DNA of 64,000 nt from Vicinamibacteria bacterium (GTDB taxonomy: Bacteria > Acidobacteriota > Vicinamibacteria > Marinacidobacterales > Marinacidobacteraceae), in NCBI GenBank assembly GCA_963668695.2, contig CAXXLQ010000004.1, forward strand, positions 3,264,001-3,328,000. Direction: 5' to 3'. Made by a program: the position numbers and the translations under genes. Below are positions 30,548 through 41,357 of this stretch, one piece after another. The number at the start of each line of letters is the position of its first letter. The first letter of the stretch is position 1. The notes below the pieces were generated by a model, which saw only the letters and a program-made list of their open reading frames with translations, was not told the origin of the DNA and did not search any database.

Positions 30548-30753
30548 GGCCTCGATTCTACGCTGCGGCGGCGCCATCGGAGGGAACGGCGCGCGCTGCG
30601 ATCTTGCTCGCCCGTGGCGGGCGATGCCGCGCCCCCGCCGGGGGATCGGCCGGGGTCGGCGGTCCCTTGCCTGTTCACCATCCGCGCCCCTCGGATTCCC
30701 GTCGCGCCCACCCTTTCTGACACCATAGCCCCCTCTCAACGAAGGAGGCCCTC

Positions 30754-31626
30754 ATGAGACGCATCGGATTGCTCGGACTGGCTCTCGCGCTCTTGCTCCT
30801 CGCGCCCGCGGCCGCCCTCGCCACCTGGTCGGTGATCGCGGTGGACCGGAATTCGGGTCAGGTGATCATCGCCTCGGCCACCTGCGTTCGGCAGTCGCGG
30901 TTTCCTTCCCGGCCGGCGCGGGACCTGATGGACGTCCAGGCGGTGATCGTGCCGGGGGTGGGGGTCGCCGCCTGCCAGGCCGGCGTGGACAACACCCGCG
31001 CCAATCAGATGCTGGTGTACGAGGAAATCCGGAAGGGAACCGAGCCCGGGCGCATCATCGAACTCCTCCGGGAGCAGGAAAACCAGAAGGACGAACCGCA
31101 GATGGAGCGGCGCCAGTTCGGCATCCTCGACCTCCAGGGCCGGAGCGCCGGCTTCAACGGCGAGGGGAACAGCGCGGCTTCCCTCTATGTGTCGGGCCAG
31201 GTCGGCGACGACATCTTCGTCCAGGTGCAGGGGAACATCCTGTTCGACGGCGATGTCGCCGAAGGGGCGGTTCTCGCGTTCATGCGAGCGAAGGGCACCC
31301 TCGCCGACCGGGTGATGGCCGCCATGGAGGGAGCCGACGCGGCGGGCGGCGACAAGCGGTGCACCTGCGAGGAGGAGCCGAAGCCCGCGGCGCCCTGCGA
31401 CGGGAAGACCTCGCACGTCGCCTACATCGCCGTCGCGAACCGGGACGACGCAACCGGCCGGTCGCACAACGACGGCGACTACTACGCCTACCTGAGCGCG
31501 ACGGACGAGGACATCCAGCCGCACGAGAACGCCAACCCGGTGATCACCCTCCGGCTCCGCTACGACGCCTGGAAGGACGCCGGGAGCAAGCGGACGGGCA
31601 TGCCTCCCTCGATGATCCCGGAATGA
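30754..31626 (+). CDS. DUF1028 (Ntn-hydrolase-like) protein
   Basis: Signal peptide then TWSVIAVD; RQFGILD, QGNIL, GGDKR. Confidence 0.85.
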   Translation: MRRIGLLGLALALLLLAPAAALATWSVIAVDRNSGQVIIASATCVRQSRFPSRPARDLMDVQAVIVPGVGVAACQAGVDNTRANQMLVYEEIRKGTEPGRIIELLREQENQKDEPQMERRQFGILDLQGRSAGFNGEGNSAASLYVSGQVGDDIFVQVQGNILFDGDVAEGAVLAFMRAKGTLADRVMAAMEGADAAGGDKRCTCEEEPKPAAPCDGKTSHVAYIAVANRDDATGRSHNDGDYYAYLSATDEDIQPHENANPVITLRLRYDAWKDAGSKRTGMPPSMIPE

Positions 31627-33068
31627 GAGTCCTGCTGTTCGCGGCGTTCGCCGTTTTCGCCGCCCTTCCGGCATCTGCTGAGGAGCAGCCGTCCAAGGCC
31701 GATCCCTCGGCCAACTGGGCTCGTTTTCGCGGTCCCGACGCCAATCCGGTGGGAACCCATCCGAACCTTCCGACCTCGTGGTCCACGACCGAAAACGTGG
31801 AATGGGCGGCCGAGGTCCCTGGGGTGGGCTGGTCATCTCCGATCGTCTGGGGGAACCGGATCTTCCTGACCGCGGCCACCAGTCCCAGCGAAATGAAGGG
31901 CCCTTCGCTCGGCACGGATTTCAGCAACGACTACATCGCCGAACTGCAGGCCCAGGGGTTGCCCCCCGAGGAAGTCAACCGGCGGCTCTACGCCCGTGAC
32001 CGCGAGCTGCCCGAAGAGGTCGAGATCGGCCTCCATCTCTTTTGTCTCGATCTCGAGACCGGGAAAATGCTCTGGGAGCGGGAGCTCTATCGCGGGCATC
32101 CGCTCGGAGGCCGCCACCGGAAGAACAGCTACGCCTCGGAAACGCCGGTGACCGACGGCGAGAACGTCTACGTGTACTTCACCCACCACGGGCTGTTCGC
32201 CTTCGACATGGAGGGGAATCCGGTCTGGGAGACGCCGCTCGCTTCTCATCCCACCGTGCGCGACTTCGGCACCGGAGCTTCCCCCGCGCTTCACGCGGAA
32301 CGGCTCTACGTGCTCAACGACAACGAGGAATCCGGCTTTCTCGCCGCCTTCGACAAGCGCAGCGGCAAGGAGCTCTGGCGCACGCCGCGGGAGATCGCGG
32401 AGCGGAGAAAGACCGGCTGGTCCACTCCCTTCGTGTGGGACAACGAGCTTCGTAGCGAGATCGTGACCGTCGGGCCCGGCATCGTGATCAGCTACGACCT
32501 CGACGGCGATCCGCTCTGGCAGATGGGGCGCACGGCGGGAAACCCGATCCAGAGCCCGTTCGCGTGGGAAGGGCGGCTCTTCGTCTCCGCGGGCTCGGGC
32601 GGCCAGTACCGGCCGCTCGCCGCGATCCGCCCCGGGGGCGCGGGAGATATCACCCCGCCCGAAGGGAGCAACCACAGCGACCACGTGCTCTGGTACGACC
32701 GCCTCGGCGGCGGGACCTATCTGCCAACGCCGGTCATCTACGACGGCGCCCTCTACGTCCTGTATTCGCGCGGCATCTTCGCCCGCTACGACGTGGATAC
32801 CGGAGAGCGCATCTACCGGTCCCGCATCGCGGAGGGGGCGGCGGCGTTCACCACCTCCCCCTGGGCCTACGGCGGATACATCTTCGCGATGGGAGAAGAG
32901 GGCGACACCTTCGTCATCGAAGCGGGCGACGAGTACCGGCTGGTTCGAGTGAACGATCTCGAGGATTGGACGCTGGCGTCCCCGGCCATCGTTGGGGATC
33001 GCTTGCTGATCCGCACCCAGACCCGCCTTTACTCGATCCGCCAGGGCGAAGCGGCGGTAGATCCCTGA
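31623..33068 (+). CDS. PQQ-binding-like beta-propeller protein
   Basis: NWARFRGP, GWSSPIVWG, ASETPVTDG, ASPAI repeats. Confidence 0.85.
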   Translation: MRVLLFAAFAVFAALPASAEEQPSKADPSANWARFRGPDANPVGTHPNLPTSWSTTENVEWAAEVPGVGWSSPIVWGNRIFLTAATSPSEMKGPSLGTDFSNDYIAELQAQGLPPEEVNRRLYARDRELPEEVEIGLHLFCLDLETGKMLWERELYRGHPLGGRHRKNSYASETPVTDGENVYVYFTHHGLFAFDMEGNPVWETPLASHPTVRDFGTGASPALHAERLYVLNDNEESGFLAAFDKRSGKELWRTPREIAERRKTGWSTPFVWDNELRSEIVTVGPGIVISYDLDGDPLWQMGRTAGNPIQSPFAWEGRLFVSAGSGGQYRPLAAIRPGGAGDITPPEGSNHSDHVLWYDRLGGGTYLPTPVIYDGALYVLYSRGIFARYDVDTGERIYRSRIAEGAAAFTTSPWAYGGYIFAMGEEGDTFVIEAGDEYRLVRVNDLEDWTLASPAIVGDRLLIRTQTRLYSIRQGEAAVDP

Positions 33069-33126
33069 CGCGATCCCTGACGCGATCCCTGACGCGATCC
33101 CTGACGCGGCCGGGGCTTCGTCCTTA

Positions 33127-33538
33127 ACAGCCGGTGGTGAAACCCGCGTGAGCGCCGAGGCCGGCCAGTTCTCCCGGTGGGGGCGAGGCCCAGTTCTCCC
33201 GGTGGGGCCAGTCCTCCCGGTGGGGGCCCGGCTGACAAGGCGCGTGAGGGAGGAGCCCCCACCGGGAGAACTGGCCCAGGTGTATTCCGACCGAAACGCA
33301 ACGATGAGCGGCGCGCAGCGACGCGGTTCAGCCGGGATGGATCGCCGGCCGAGCCCCCACCGGGAGAACTGGGCCGCGTGGGTTTCATCACCGGTTGTGG
33401 CCGGGATGGATCGCCGGCCGAGCCCCCACCGGGAGAACTGGGCCGCGCGGGTTTCATCACCGGCTGTTTGGCCGGGATGGATCGCCGGCCGAGCCCCCAC
33501 CGGGAGAACTGGGCCGCGTGGGTTTTGCCACCGGCTGT
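33127..33538 (+). mobile_element. MITE copy with triplicated right end
   Basis: Near-identical to 403-674; the last ~70 bp occur three times. Confidence 0.85.
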
Positions 33539-33620
33539 CAACGCTCGCGGTGTTCCGCCGCGACGCATCCGCTGTTCCGGGTCGTGGACGGCTCAGTCGA
33601 TTGGCGTCGATTAGCAGATG

Positions 33621-33670
33621 GCCGGCCTCATAAGCCGGAGGTCGCGGGTTCGAGTCCCGTCCCCGCCACC
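33621..33670 (+). tRNA. 3' half of a tRNA with CAT anticodon (fragment, att-like)
   Basis: CCGGC-CTCATAA-GCCGG anticodon arm, GCGGG-TTCGAGT-CCCGT T arm and CCCCGCCACC end; no matching 5' acceptor strand. Confidence 0.75.
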
Positions 33671-33900
33671 CGCCCGTGGCACTGGTGGCAGAACATCCCG
33701 CGAGCGGCGCCTTCCCGACACGCTACCCGACTCCCGGTCGTCGATCCTGCGCCCGACCCCAACAATCCGGTGAGAATCCGGTGAGGCGCGTGGTGCGTCC
33801 CAACCATCCCCACCAACCCAAGAAACCGACCAAATCCCCGGGAAGAACCCGGGATCAGCGTCGATCCGGGAGCTGAGACCGGTCCCGAATCAGCCCCGAA

Positions 33901-34200
33901 TCAGCCCTGCTCCGCCCGCCCGGCCTCCTGGGCGAACCACATCGCCGCCTTCTTGAGAATGTCGCGTTCCTCCCGGAGGCGGCGAATTTCCTGTTTCGCC
34001 TCCCGAAGCTCACGGCGCTCGCCCTCGCTCCAGTCTTCGGACGCCCCGTTATCGGTTTCGGAAGCCGTCACCCAGTTCCGGATTGCCTGGGCGCTCGGCT
34101 CGAACTCGCGCGACAGCTCTTCCGGCGTCCGACCCGCCCGTACGAAATCGATCATCTGACGCCGAAACTCTTCCGTATAGCGGCGGGGCCTCTTGGTCAT
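33901..34200 (-). CDS. IS3-family OrfA-like HTH protein without downstream OrfB
   Basis: RRYTEEFRRQM...LSREFEPSAQAIRNWV...RLREERDILKKAA. Confidence 0.85.
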   Translation of the reverse strand: MTKRPRRYTEEFRRQMIDFVRAGRTPEELSREFEPSAQAIRNWVTASETDNGASEDWSEGERRELREAKQEIRRLREERDILKKAAMWFAQEAGRAEQG

Positions 34201-35111
34201 TCTTGCTGCTCTCCTGGATCCGACGCCGCGACGCCGGGGTTTTCGGACGGAAACGAAGTTGCCGTTGCTGATCTCGACCCGGATTTCCGGATCAATTGGA
34301 GTCGCCTGTCCTCTCGCGCTTCCCAGCCGGACGCTCCGGCGCTGGCGCCACCACCCGCCGCCGCCAAGCGGGACGCGCCTCCCAACCCCATGATGATGCT
34401 GGGTGTCCACGACACAACCGGATCGGCAGCCAGATATGGTGCGAGACGGGACTTCATCTTCGTTGGGACATCTTACCCCGTTTTTGTAGCCAGTGAATTT
34501 TCTTGGGCGCCCCGATTTGCCAAACCCACCCACAATGAGCGGCGCGGGTTCGCACCGGGACCAAGGCGGGATACCCCGACTCTCCAGCGCGTCGGCCGTG
34601 GTCCGCGCTGCGGGCGCTCGATCAGCCCGACCGCTTTGGGGTTCCGGGTTTTTTCGCTACGGCCCGCGCTCGAACGCGCGACTCCTCGCGGGAGCGTCCC
34701 TCATCCGGACGGCGACGGCAGAGCTTCCGAAACCGGCCCGTCTCCTCAAACTTCCGGACCGGCGCGCGCCTTTCTTCCGCTTCGCGCCGCAAGTGTGCCG
34801 CACGCGCAGTCCCCCGTTCGCATCCAGAGGGGTCCGGGGCCCGCCGCAACCGCATTCCGGATCCCGACGTGATTTTCTTCGCACATTGGTTCGGGATCGT
34901 GTCATTTATGTAACGGACTTGTGTACACTTTTTGGGCATTCGCGCGACCGCTCTGGTGTCACTTTAGTGATTTGGGGATGGGGTAACTGGAAGCCCGCGC
35001 CGGGACCGTGCCTGAGAAGAAAACGGAAATGCCGCCCGACGGACCTTCGGCCGATCCGCGATCTTCGGCGCGACGGCGGAACCGGGGACCGAAACGCCTT
35101 CCGGGTGCCTG

Positions 35112-35645
35112 ATGGGAGACGCGCTGACTCTGGTGGGAGGCCAAAACGGCGGCGGCACGAGCCGCCTGCACGGTGCTTCCGGGGGTCTCCCGCGACCGGA
35201 GCCGGCAGAAGCATCCGGCGAGGGAAGCGTCTCGACCCCGAGCGAGGTGGCCTCCTCCCTTCCGAGTCCCGACAGCCCCCTCTGCAGCGTCGATCACGAC
35301 GTCATCTATCGGTTCATCGACGCGTACAAGTCCGAGCATCGAATCGCCACGATGGCGCGGATTCTCGGCGTCTCGCGGAGCGGCTTTTACGCTTGGAAGA
35401 CCCGACCGCTGAGCTGCCGGGCCCGGACGGACGAGGTACTCAAGAAGGAAATCCGCAGTGTGCATGCCTGTCACCACGGCACCTACGGCGCTCCCCGAAT
35501 CCACGGCGAGCTGCAACGCCAAGGCTGGAAGGTCAGTCGAAAGCGCGTTGCCCGGCTGATGCGAGAACTCGGCATCGACGGTCTGCCGGGCGGACCACGC
35601 CGGAGCAGAAAGAGGCTGACCCGCGTCGGTTCCCGCGTCGGTTAA
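35112..35645 (+). CDS. IS3 OrfB N-terminal HTH domain without the DDE domain
   Basis: ARILGVSRSGFYAW, TYGAPRIHGEL, RKRVARLMRELG. Confidence 0.75.
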   Translation: MGDALTLVGGQNGGGTSRLHGASGGLPRPEPAEASGEGSVSTPSEVASSLPSPDSPLCSVDHDVIYRFIDAYKSEHRIATMARILGVSRSGFYAWKTRPLSCRARTDEVLKKEIRSVHACHHGTYGAPRIHGELQRQGWKVSRKRVARLMRELGIDGLPGGPRRSRKRLTRVGSRVG

Positions 35646-35861
35646 CAGCCTGTGGTGGAACCCGGGTGAGCGCCGAGAGCGGCCAGTTCTCCCGGTGGGG
35701 GCGAGGCGCCCGCCTGACAAGGCGCGTGAGGGAGGAATACCTGGTGTATTTCGACCGAAACGCAACGCAGAGCGCCGCAAGCGCCAGTTCTCCCGGTGGG
35801 GGGGCGGTTCAGGCGGGATGGATCGCCGCTCGAACGCCGCGTGGGCTTCACCACCGGCTGT
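35645..35861 (+). mobile_element. MITE copy
   Basis: TA-ACAGCC...GGCTGT-TA. Confidence 0.85.
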
Positions 35862-36033
35862 TAAGGCACGCGCCCGCGTGCCCCTGCCCGCCGCAGCCGC
35901 AGACAGAAGGCGAGCAGCCGAAGCAACTCCGCCGACGGGACCGCACACCCCCGCATCCGGATCGGGGCACCCGGGGCGCCCCCGCAAACCGCCCGGGCCG
36001 GTTTGGAGATGCTCCGCGGCTCGCTGCCGCGGT

Positions 36034-38625
36034 TCAGGCGGGGCGCAGTTGCCGGCCGATTCGGGTCCACAGCCAGGGGACGCGCCGAACCGACAGGTCG
36101 AGGAGATAGGCGATCAAGCCCAGCAGCGCGAGGATCGGCCAGAGGGCGCGCGACCGCACCACCCGATCCCCATTCGCCGAAAGTACCTGCGCCGGAGTGG
36201 GACCGACGACGCCGCCCGTCTCCGCGGCCAGCGCCCTGAGGGCGGCGTCGTCCGCCGGCAGGAAGCGGTACTCGTCGGGATAGCTCAGGTGGATGGCCCG
36301 CTCCAGGTCGGCTCCGGCGGCGAGATCGGCCGGAAGGGAATCGCCGACGATGCGGAAGCGCGCCGTATCGCCGGGACTGAGATCGAGAGGCACCTCGGTC
36401 TCGAACCGCCCGGGGCCGGTCTGCCGGATGATGGTGCGGCCCACAAGTCCGCCATACGAAATCTCGAGTTCGGGAACCACGTCTTCGGGATAACTCCCGT
36501 CCTCGCGGATCAGCGACAGGCTCACGACGCCGGCGTTCCCGCGGCGCGACACCTCGAAGTCCAGGTCGGCCCCCTCCCCCCGGCGCATCGCGTCCCGAAC
36601 CACCTGGGCCCAGAACTTGCCGTAGCCGTCCCATTCCACCCAGTTGGCAGCCCAGCGATTCTTGCAGTCGGAAGTGAACATCGAGGCCCGGCCAAGCCCG
36701 TACTGCCAGCGGGCGAGCAGCGGCTCTTCATCGGGGCCTTCAAGAAGCACCTCGGCGGTGTCCTTGGCCATGGTCGCCACGAAGCCCTTCAGTTCGGGCG
36801 CAGTCTCGAAGTCCAGACCCTCGAGGACGCGGGCCATCTGCCGGACCACCGGGCGGAAGGGCTCCTCGACCAGCGTCGCGTCGAGAGCGATCTGGGTCTC
36901 TTCGACGAAGATCTGCTGGACCCGCGCTGCGTCCCGGATGAAGTAGCTGCGTCCGTCGCCCCACTCCGCGATGTCCGAGAGCAGTTCCCGGTCGGCCTCT
37001 TCCCCCACCGCGACCGTGGAGATGGTGATCTCGTCCTCCTTCATTCGGGTCGCCAGTTCCTCGTAGTCGTCGGGATAGGTCTTGCCGTCGGAGAGCAGGA
37101 TCACGTGCTTGACCTTGGAGGGGCTCTCCGTGAGCTGCTCGTAGGCGCGATCGAGCGCGGGGTAGATGTTCGTCTGGGCGCTCGCCTGAATCCGGCTGAT
37201 GCCCTCCTTGATCCACTCGCGGTCGGCCACGAGCTGGAGCGGGATCGTGGTGTAGGGATTCCAGTCGAAGGTCACGACGCCGAAGCGGTGGGTGTCTTCG
37301 AGCAGATCGAGCGCCGCCTTGGTGGCTTCCTTGGCCAGCGCGATCTTCCGCCCGTACATGCTGTAGGACTTGTCGAGCACGATCACCAGCGACAGGTCCT
37401 TCCACTTTTCCTCGATCTGGAAGTCCACCGGCAACGCCTCTTCGAGCACCGATTCCGAATACCCGTCCTCCCCGTAGCTCGACTCGCCGGCGGCGAAGAC
37501 GAGTCCCCCGCCCTCGTCGCGGACGTAGCTGGCGAGCTGCCGCATCACCGGCTCGGGAAGACGGTCGGGCGCCACGTCGCTCAACACGACTACGTCCCAG
37601 GTGTTCAGATCGAGGCGGGGAAGCGCCGACGCCGGCGCCGTGTTCACCGTGACGCCCTGCGATTCCAAGGCGTCCCGGAGGTAGCGGGCGCTCTCCGGTT
37701 GTCCCTCGATATAGAGCACGTTCGCCTCGTCTCCGACCGGCACTTCCACGGCGCGGCGGTTGTTGACCTCAAGCCGGTCCCCGGCCACCTGGATCTCGGC
37801 TTCGAGGACCGTCATCCCCGATTCTTCGATCCGCACCGGAACCGGGACCGTCGAGGCGCCGCGTGGAAGCTCGACCTCGATGGCCGCGAGCGTCTCGCCG
37901 TCGGCCAGGATCCGGATCTCCGCCGGCCCTCCGGCAGCGGAGAACACCTCCACCTCAACCCCCGTCATCTCTCCGGCCCGGACGGCGGGCGGCAGGTGGA
38001 TCGCATTCACGAAACCGCCGCCGTCGCTTCTCACTCCGGACGGCGCGGGGAAGACCCGCACCCCAGCTTCCTTGAGGAACGCCATCGCCGCAGCGGTATC
38101 GCCCTCGGTCTCGCGTCCGTCGCTGAACAGCACCACCCGCTTGAGCCGGTCCGGGGGCAGGCGGGCTGCCGCGTGGCGGAGGGCTGCTTCGATGTTGGTC
38201 CGGCCCTGATCCAAGGCTCCCGGCGGGGGGCGCCCCGCGGCGGCCCCGCTGTCAAAGACCTGAACTTCGAGCAGGGCGTCCGCACTCGGCACCGACACCG
38301 CACGATCCGCGAAGGCCACGAAGTGCGCATCCTCGCTGGCGAGCGCCCGGCTCGCCTCCCGGGCCCAGGCGACCGCCTCCTGCATCGACCCCGACGCCAC
38401 GCTGCGGGACAGATCCACCACGAACGCCACCGCGACGTCCCGCGAACCGGCGCGCACCACCGGACGGCAGAGCGCGAGCAGCAGAAACGCTGCCGCGAGC
38501 AGGCGAAGGACGAGCGAAGCGCGCAGCCTGAGCTTCGGCCAGCGGAGGTTCGACCGCAACGCCACCACCACCATCACGCCGAGGAGCGGCAGCAACAGGA
38601 GCGGCCAGAGGGCTTCAAAAATCAT
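36034..38625 (-). CDS. Membrane protein with two VWA domains and a glutamine amidotransferase-like domain
   Basis: DLSRS and DKSYS MIDAS motifs, LSDG, WQYGLGR; N- and C-terminal TMs. Confidence 0.8.
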   Translation of the reverse strand: MIFEALWPLLLLPLLGVMVVVALRSNLRWPKLRLRASLVLRLLAAAFLLLALCRPVVRAGSRDVAVAFVVDLSRSVASGSMQEAVAWAREASRALASEDAHFVAFADRAVSVPSADALLEVQVFDSGAAAGRPPPGALDQGRTNIEAALRHAAARLPPDRLKRVVLFSDGRETEGDTAAAMAFLKEAGVRVFPAPSGVRSDGGGFVNAIHLPPAVRAGEMTGVEVEVFSAAGGPAEIRILADGETLAAIEVELPRGASTVPVPVRIEESGMTVLEAEIQVAGDRLEVNNRRAVEVPVGDEANVLYIEGQPESARYLRDALESQGVTVNTAPASALPRLDLNTWDVVVLSDVAPDRLPEPVMRQLASYVRDEGGGLVFAAGESSYGEDGYSESVLEEALPVDFQIEEKWKDLSLVIVLDKSYSMYGRKIALAKEATKAALDLLEDTHRFGVVTFDWNPYTTIPLQLVADREWIKEGISRIQASAQTNIYPALDRAYEQLTESPSKVKHVILLSDGKTYPDDYEELATRMKEDEITISTVAVGEEADRELLSDIAEWGDGRSYFIRDAARVQQIFVEETQIALDATLVEEPFRPVVRQMARVLEGLDFETAPELKGFVATMAKDTAEVLLEGPDEEPLLARWQYGLGRASMFTSDCKNRWAANWVEWDGYGKFWAQVVRDAMRRGEGADLDFEVSRRGNAGVVSLSLIREDGSYPEDVVPELEISYGGLVGRTIIRQTGPGRFETEVPLDLSPGDTARFRIVGDSLPADLAAGADLERAIHLSYPDEYRFLPADDAALRALAAETGGVVGPTPAQVLSANGDRVVRSRALWPILALLGLIAYLLDLSVRRVPWLWTRIGRQLRPA

Positions 38626-38863
38626 GAATTGCAGGCGCGGAATGCGGAATTCTATGCGCGCGGGCCGAACGAGCGCTTCCCCCTGCATCCCAAGCGGCCG
38701 CAACCGACTCCCAGCCGGACACCCGCGGCCCGGCATGACGCCGGGAGCCCGAATGGACTACGGTTGCTTTCCCGTGCCATTTCTTCAAGTCTGTGAGCGC
38801 TTGCGACTAATTTCGGCGACCCGGCCCGCCCCACGCCCGCCCGCCAATTCAAGGAGTCCCGCC

Positions 38864-40961
38864 ATGCCTCGTTCGTCCATCACCCTCCGCCGGCTTCGCC
38901 GCGCTGCCCTCGGGGCCGCCGCGCTTTCCGGCCTCGCCATCGGCGCGGCTTCCGCCCGGCAGGGGACAAGCCGCCTCCATCGTCATCGAACCCGCGTCCC
39001 TGAATCTTGAGGTGGGGGAGACGGCGCAGGTAACCGCCACCGTGATGGACGCCGCCGGCAACCCGGTTCCGGATGCGCAGGTCGTCTTTTTCTCGGGAAA
39101 CCGGCTCGCGCTCACCGTGACCCCGGGGGGGCACGTCTCGGCGAATCGTCCCGGCGAGCACCAGGTCACCGCGCTGCTCCCGGATCAGGCGTTCGACGGC
39201 AACTGGGACTACTACAGCTCGCGCGATCCGGGGCTCCGCGCCTCCATCCGGGTGAGCGTGGCGGTTCCCGGGTTGGCCGGCATCTTCTTTGAAGACGCGC
39301 CGCCGCGCGTGTGGGAGGGCACCGGCGTGCGGTTCCGGCTCGCGGGTCGCGACGCGGCGGGGGAGGTTCGTCGCGGAATCGAGGCGGGCTACGCCACGAG
39401 CGACGCCAGCGTCGCCGTGGTGGACGAACTCGGGATGGTGTCCTTCCTGACCACGGGGTCGGTCCAGGTCGCCGCCATGCATGGTGAAATGACGATCTAC
39501 CACGAGGTCCAGGTCCTGCCCAACCCGACCGCCCGGGTGGTCCTGGAAGCTCCGGACCGAACCGAGGTGCGTACCGGGGACGTGATCGCCTTCCGCGCCG
39601 AGGCGCAGGACACAAGCGGGGCGGCGCTCCCCGACCTGCCGATCCGCTTCGCACTGGAGGCGCGTCCGGACGCCCACCGGCCCGAATCGCTCGGCGCCGG
39701 CGCGTCGGCGCAGATCACCGCGGACGGCCGCTTCGTGGCCGAACAGCCCGGCGTGTACACGGTGATCGCCATGAGCGGCGACCGGGTGGCGCGGCAGACG
39801 GTCCGGACCGTCCCCCGCAACGTGCAGCAGGACATCGAGTTCCTGGGCCACGCCCGCGTCTCCGACCGGGTGACCGGGGACCTCTGGGTCTGGGAGGGCG
39901 TGGACGGGCGCGACTACGCGGTCCACGGCACCTGGAACGCCGAGGGGCACGCCTACTTCTACGACGTGACCGATCCCCGGAACATGGAGCTCATCGACAC
40001 CGTGCAGGTGGACGCCCGCACCGTCAACGACGTGAAGGTGTCCGAGGACGGAACGCTTTGCGTCATCAGCCGGGAGGGCGCCTCGAACCGCCGGAACGGG
40101 ATCGTGATGCTCGATTGCACGAACCCGCGCGAGGTCGAGATCCTGAGTTCCTTCGACCAGGGCCTCACCGGCGGCGTCCACAACGTGTTCCTCGACCAGA
40201 ACCATGTCTATGCCGTGAACAACGGCCGCCGCTGGGACGTGGTGAACGTCGAGGATCCCCGCAATCCCTTCCGCGTCTCGCGCTTCGAGACCCAGAGTCC
40301 CGGCCGGTCGGTGCACGACGTCTGGATCCGTGACGGCATCGCCTACCAGGCGGGGCGAACCGACGGTCTGATCATGGTGGACGTAGGGGGAGGCGGCCTC
40401 GGCGGCAGCCCCAACACGCCGGTCGAGATGGGGCGCTTCTCCCAGATCACCGGCTGGAACCACGCGGTGTGGCCCTTCCGCAGCCCCTCGACCGGGAAGC
40501 TCTACGTCATCGGCGGCGACGAGGCGTTCTACCTGAACCCGCGCCGTCCGGAAGCGGGGGGCATCCTCTGGGAAGAGGAGATTCCGTCGCGCGCCAAGGG
40601 CTGGCTGCACTTCGTGGACTTCACCGACCCAAGCAACCCCGAGGAGGTCGCGCGCTTCGAGCTCGCCGACTCCGGTCCGCATAACCTCTGGATCGACTGG
40701 GAGGAGGAGATCATGTACGTCGGCTACTACGACGCCGGCCTCCGTGTGGTCGACGTCTCCGGCGACCTGCTCGGCGACCTCTACCGGCAGGGACGGCAGA
40801 TCGCCCGCTTCTTCCCCGAGGACAACGAGGGCTTCCTCGCCAACGCCGCCTTCACCTGGGGCCCGCAGCCGCACAAGGGGACGATCTTCCTGGCCGACTT
40901 CAACAGCGGTCTGTGGGCCGTCCGGCTGAAGGACGTGGACTCGGACGCCGGCGGTAACTGA
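38864..40961 (+). CDS. Ig-like plus LVIVD-repeat secreted protein, frameshifted near 38950-38968
   Basis: RBS and signal peptide from 38864; the body continues in the +1 frame with DLWVWEG, VNDVKVS, GVHNVF. Confidence 0.7.
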
Positions 40962-40969
40962 GAAGCAGC

Positions 40970-41161
40970 ATGCCCATGGACGAAACCGCGCGCGGCCTCG
41001 GAGGCTTCCTCGCCCGCCGGCTCCAGACGCTCCGGTTCCTGGTCAACACTTTCCGCTTCATCTTCCTGTTTCTCACCAAGGCGCGCGAGGTCCGGCGCCG
41101 CTACGCCGAGGCCGAACGGCGCGGAGAGAAGATCTGGCTTGATCATGGTCCGTTCCGCTAA
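40970..41161 (+). CDS. Small hypothetical protein
   Basis: 63-aa ORF directly after the previous stop, co-oriented with the Fe-S gene. Confidence 0.6.
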   Translation: MPMDETARGLGGFLARRLQTLRFLVNTFRFIFLFLTKAREVRRRYAEAERRGEKIWLDHGPFR

Positions 41162-41325
41162 CAGTCTGTGGATAAAGTGACGTGTGCGCCGAGGCTGGCT
41201 AGGCGCCCGAGGGAGGAATACCTGGTGTATTTCGACCGAAGCGCAACGACGAGCGCCTCGAAGAGGCGCGGTTCAGCCGGGATGCATCGCCAGTTGAACG
41301 CCGCGTGACTTTGTTCACAGGCTGT
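41161..41325 (+). mobile_element. MITE copy (variant ends)
   Basis: ACAGTCTGTGGATAAAGT...ACTTTGTTCACAGGCTGT with the shared internal core. Confidence 0.75.
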
Positions 41326-41357
41326 TCGAGGCTCCGAAGAGGGGGGCGCCCACTGAA

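Noticed and set aside
33585-33670. Functional full-length or intron-containing tRNA
   Set aside because: There is no 5' acceptor strand complementary to CCCCGCC and no intact D arm.
35695-38796. 1033-aa plus-strand ORF and similar long antisense ORFs (6787-8652, 26391-28637, 38880-40874)
   Set aside because: Shadow frames of well-supported genes on the opposite strand.
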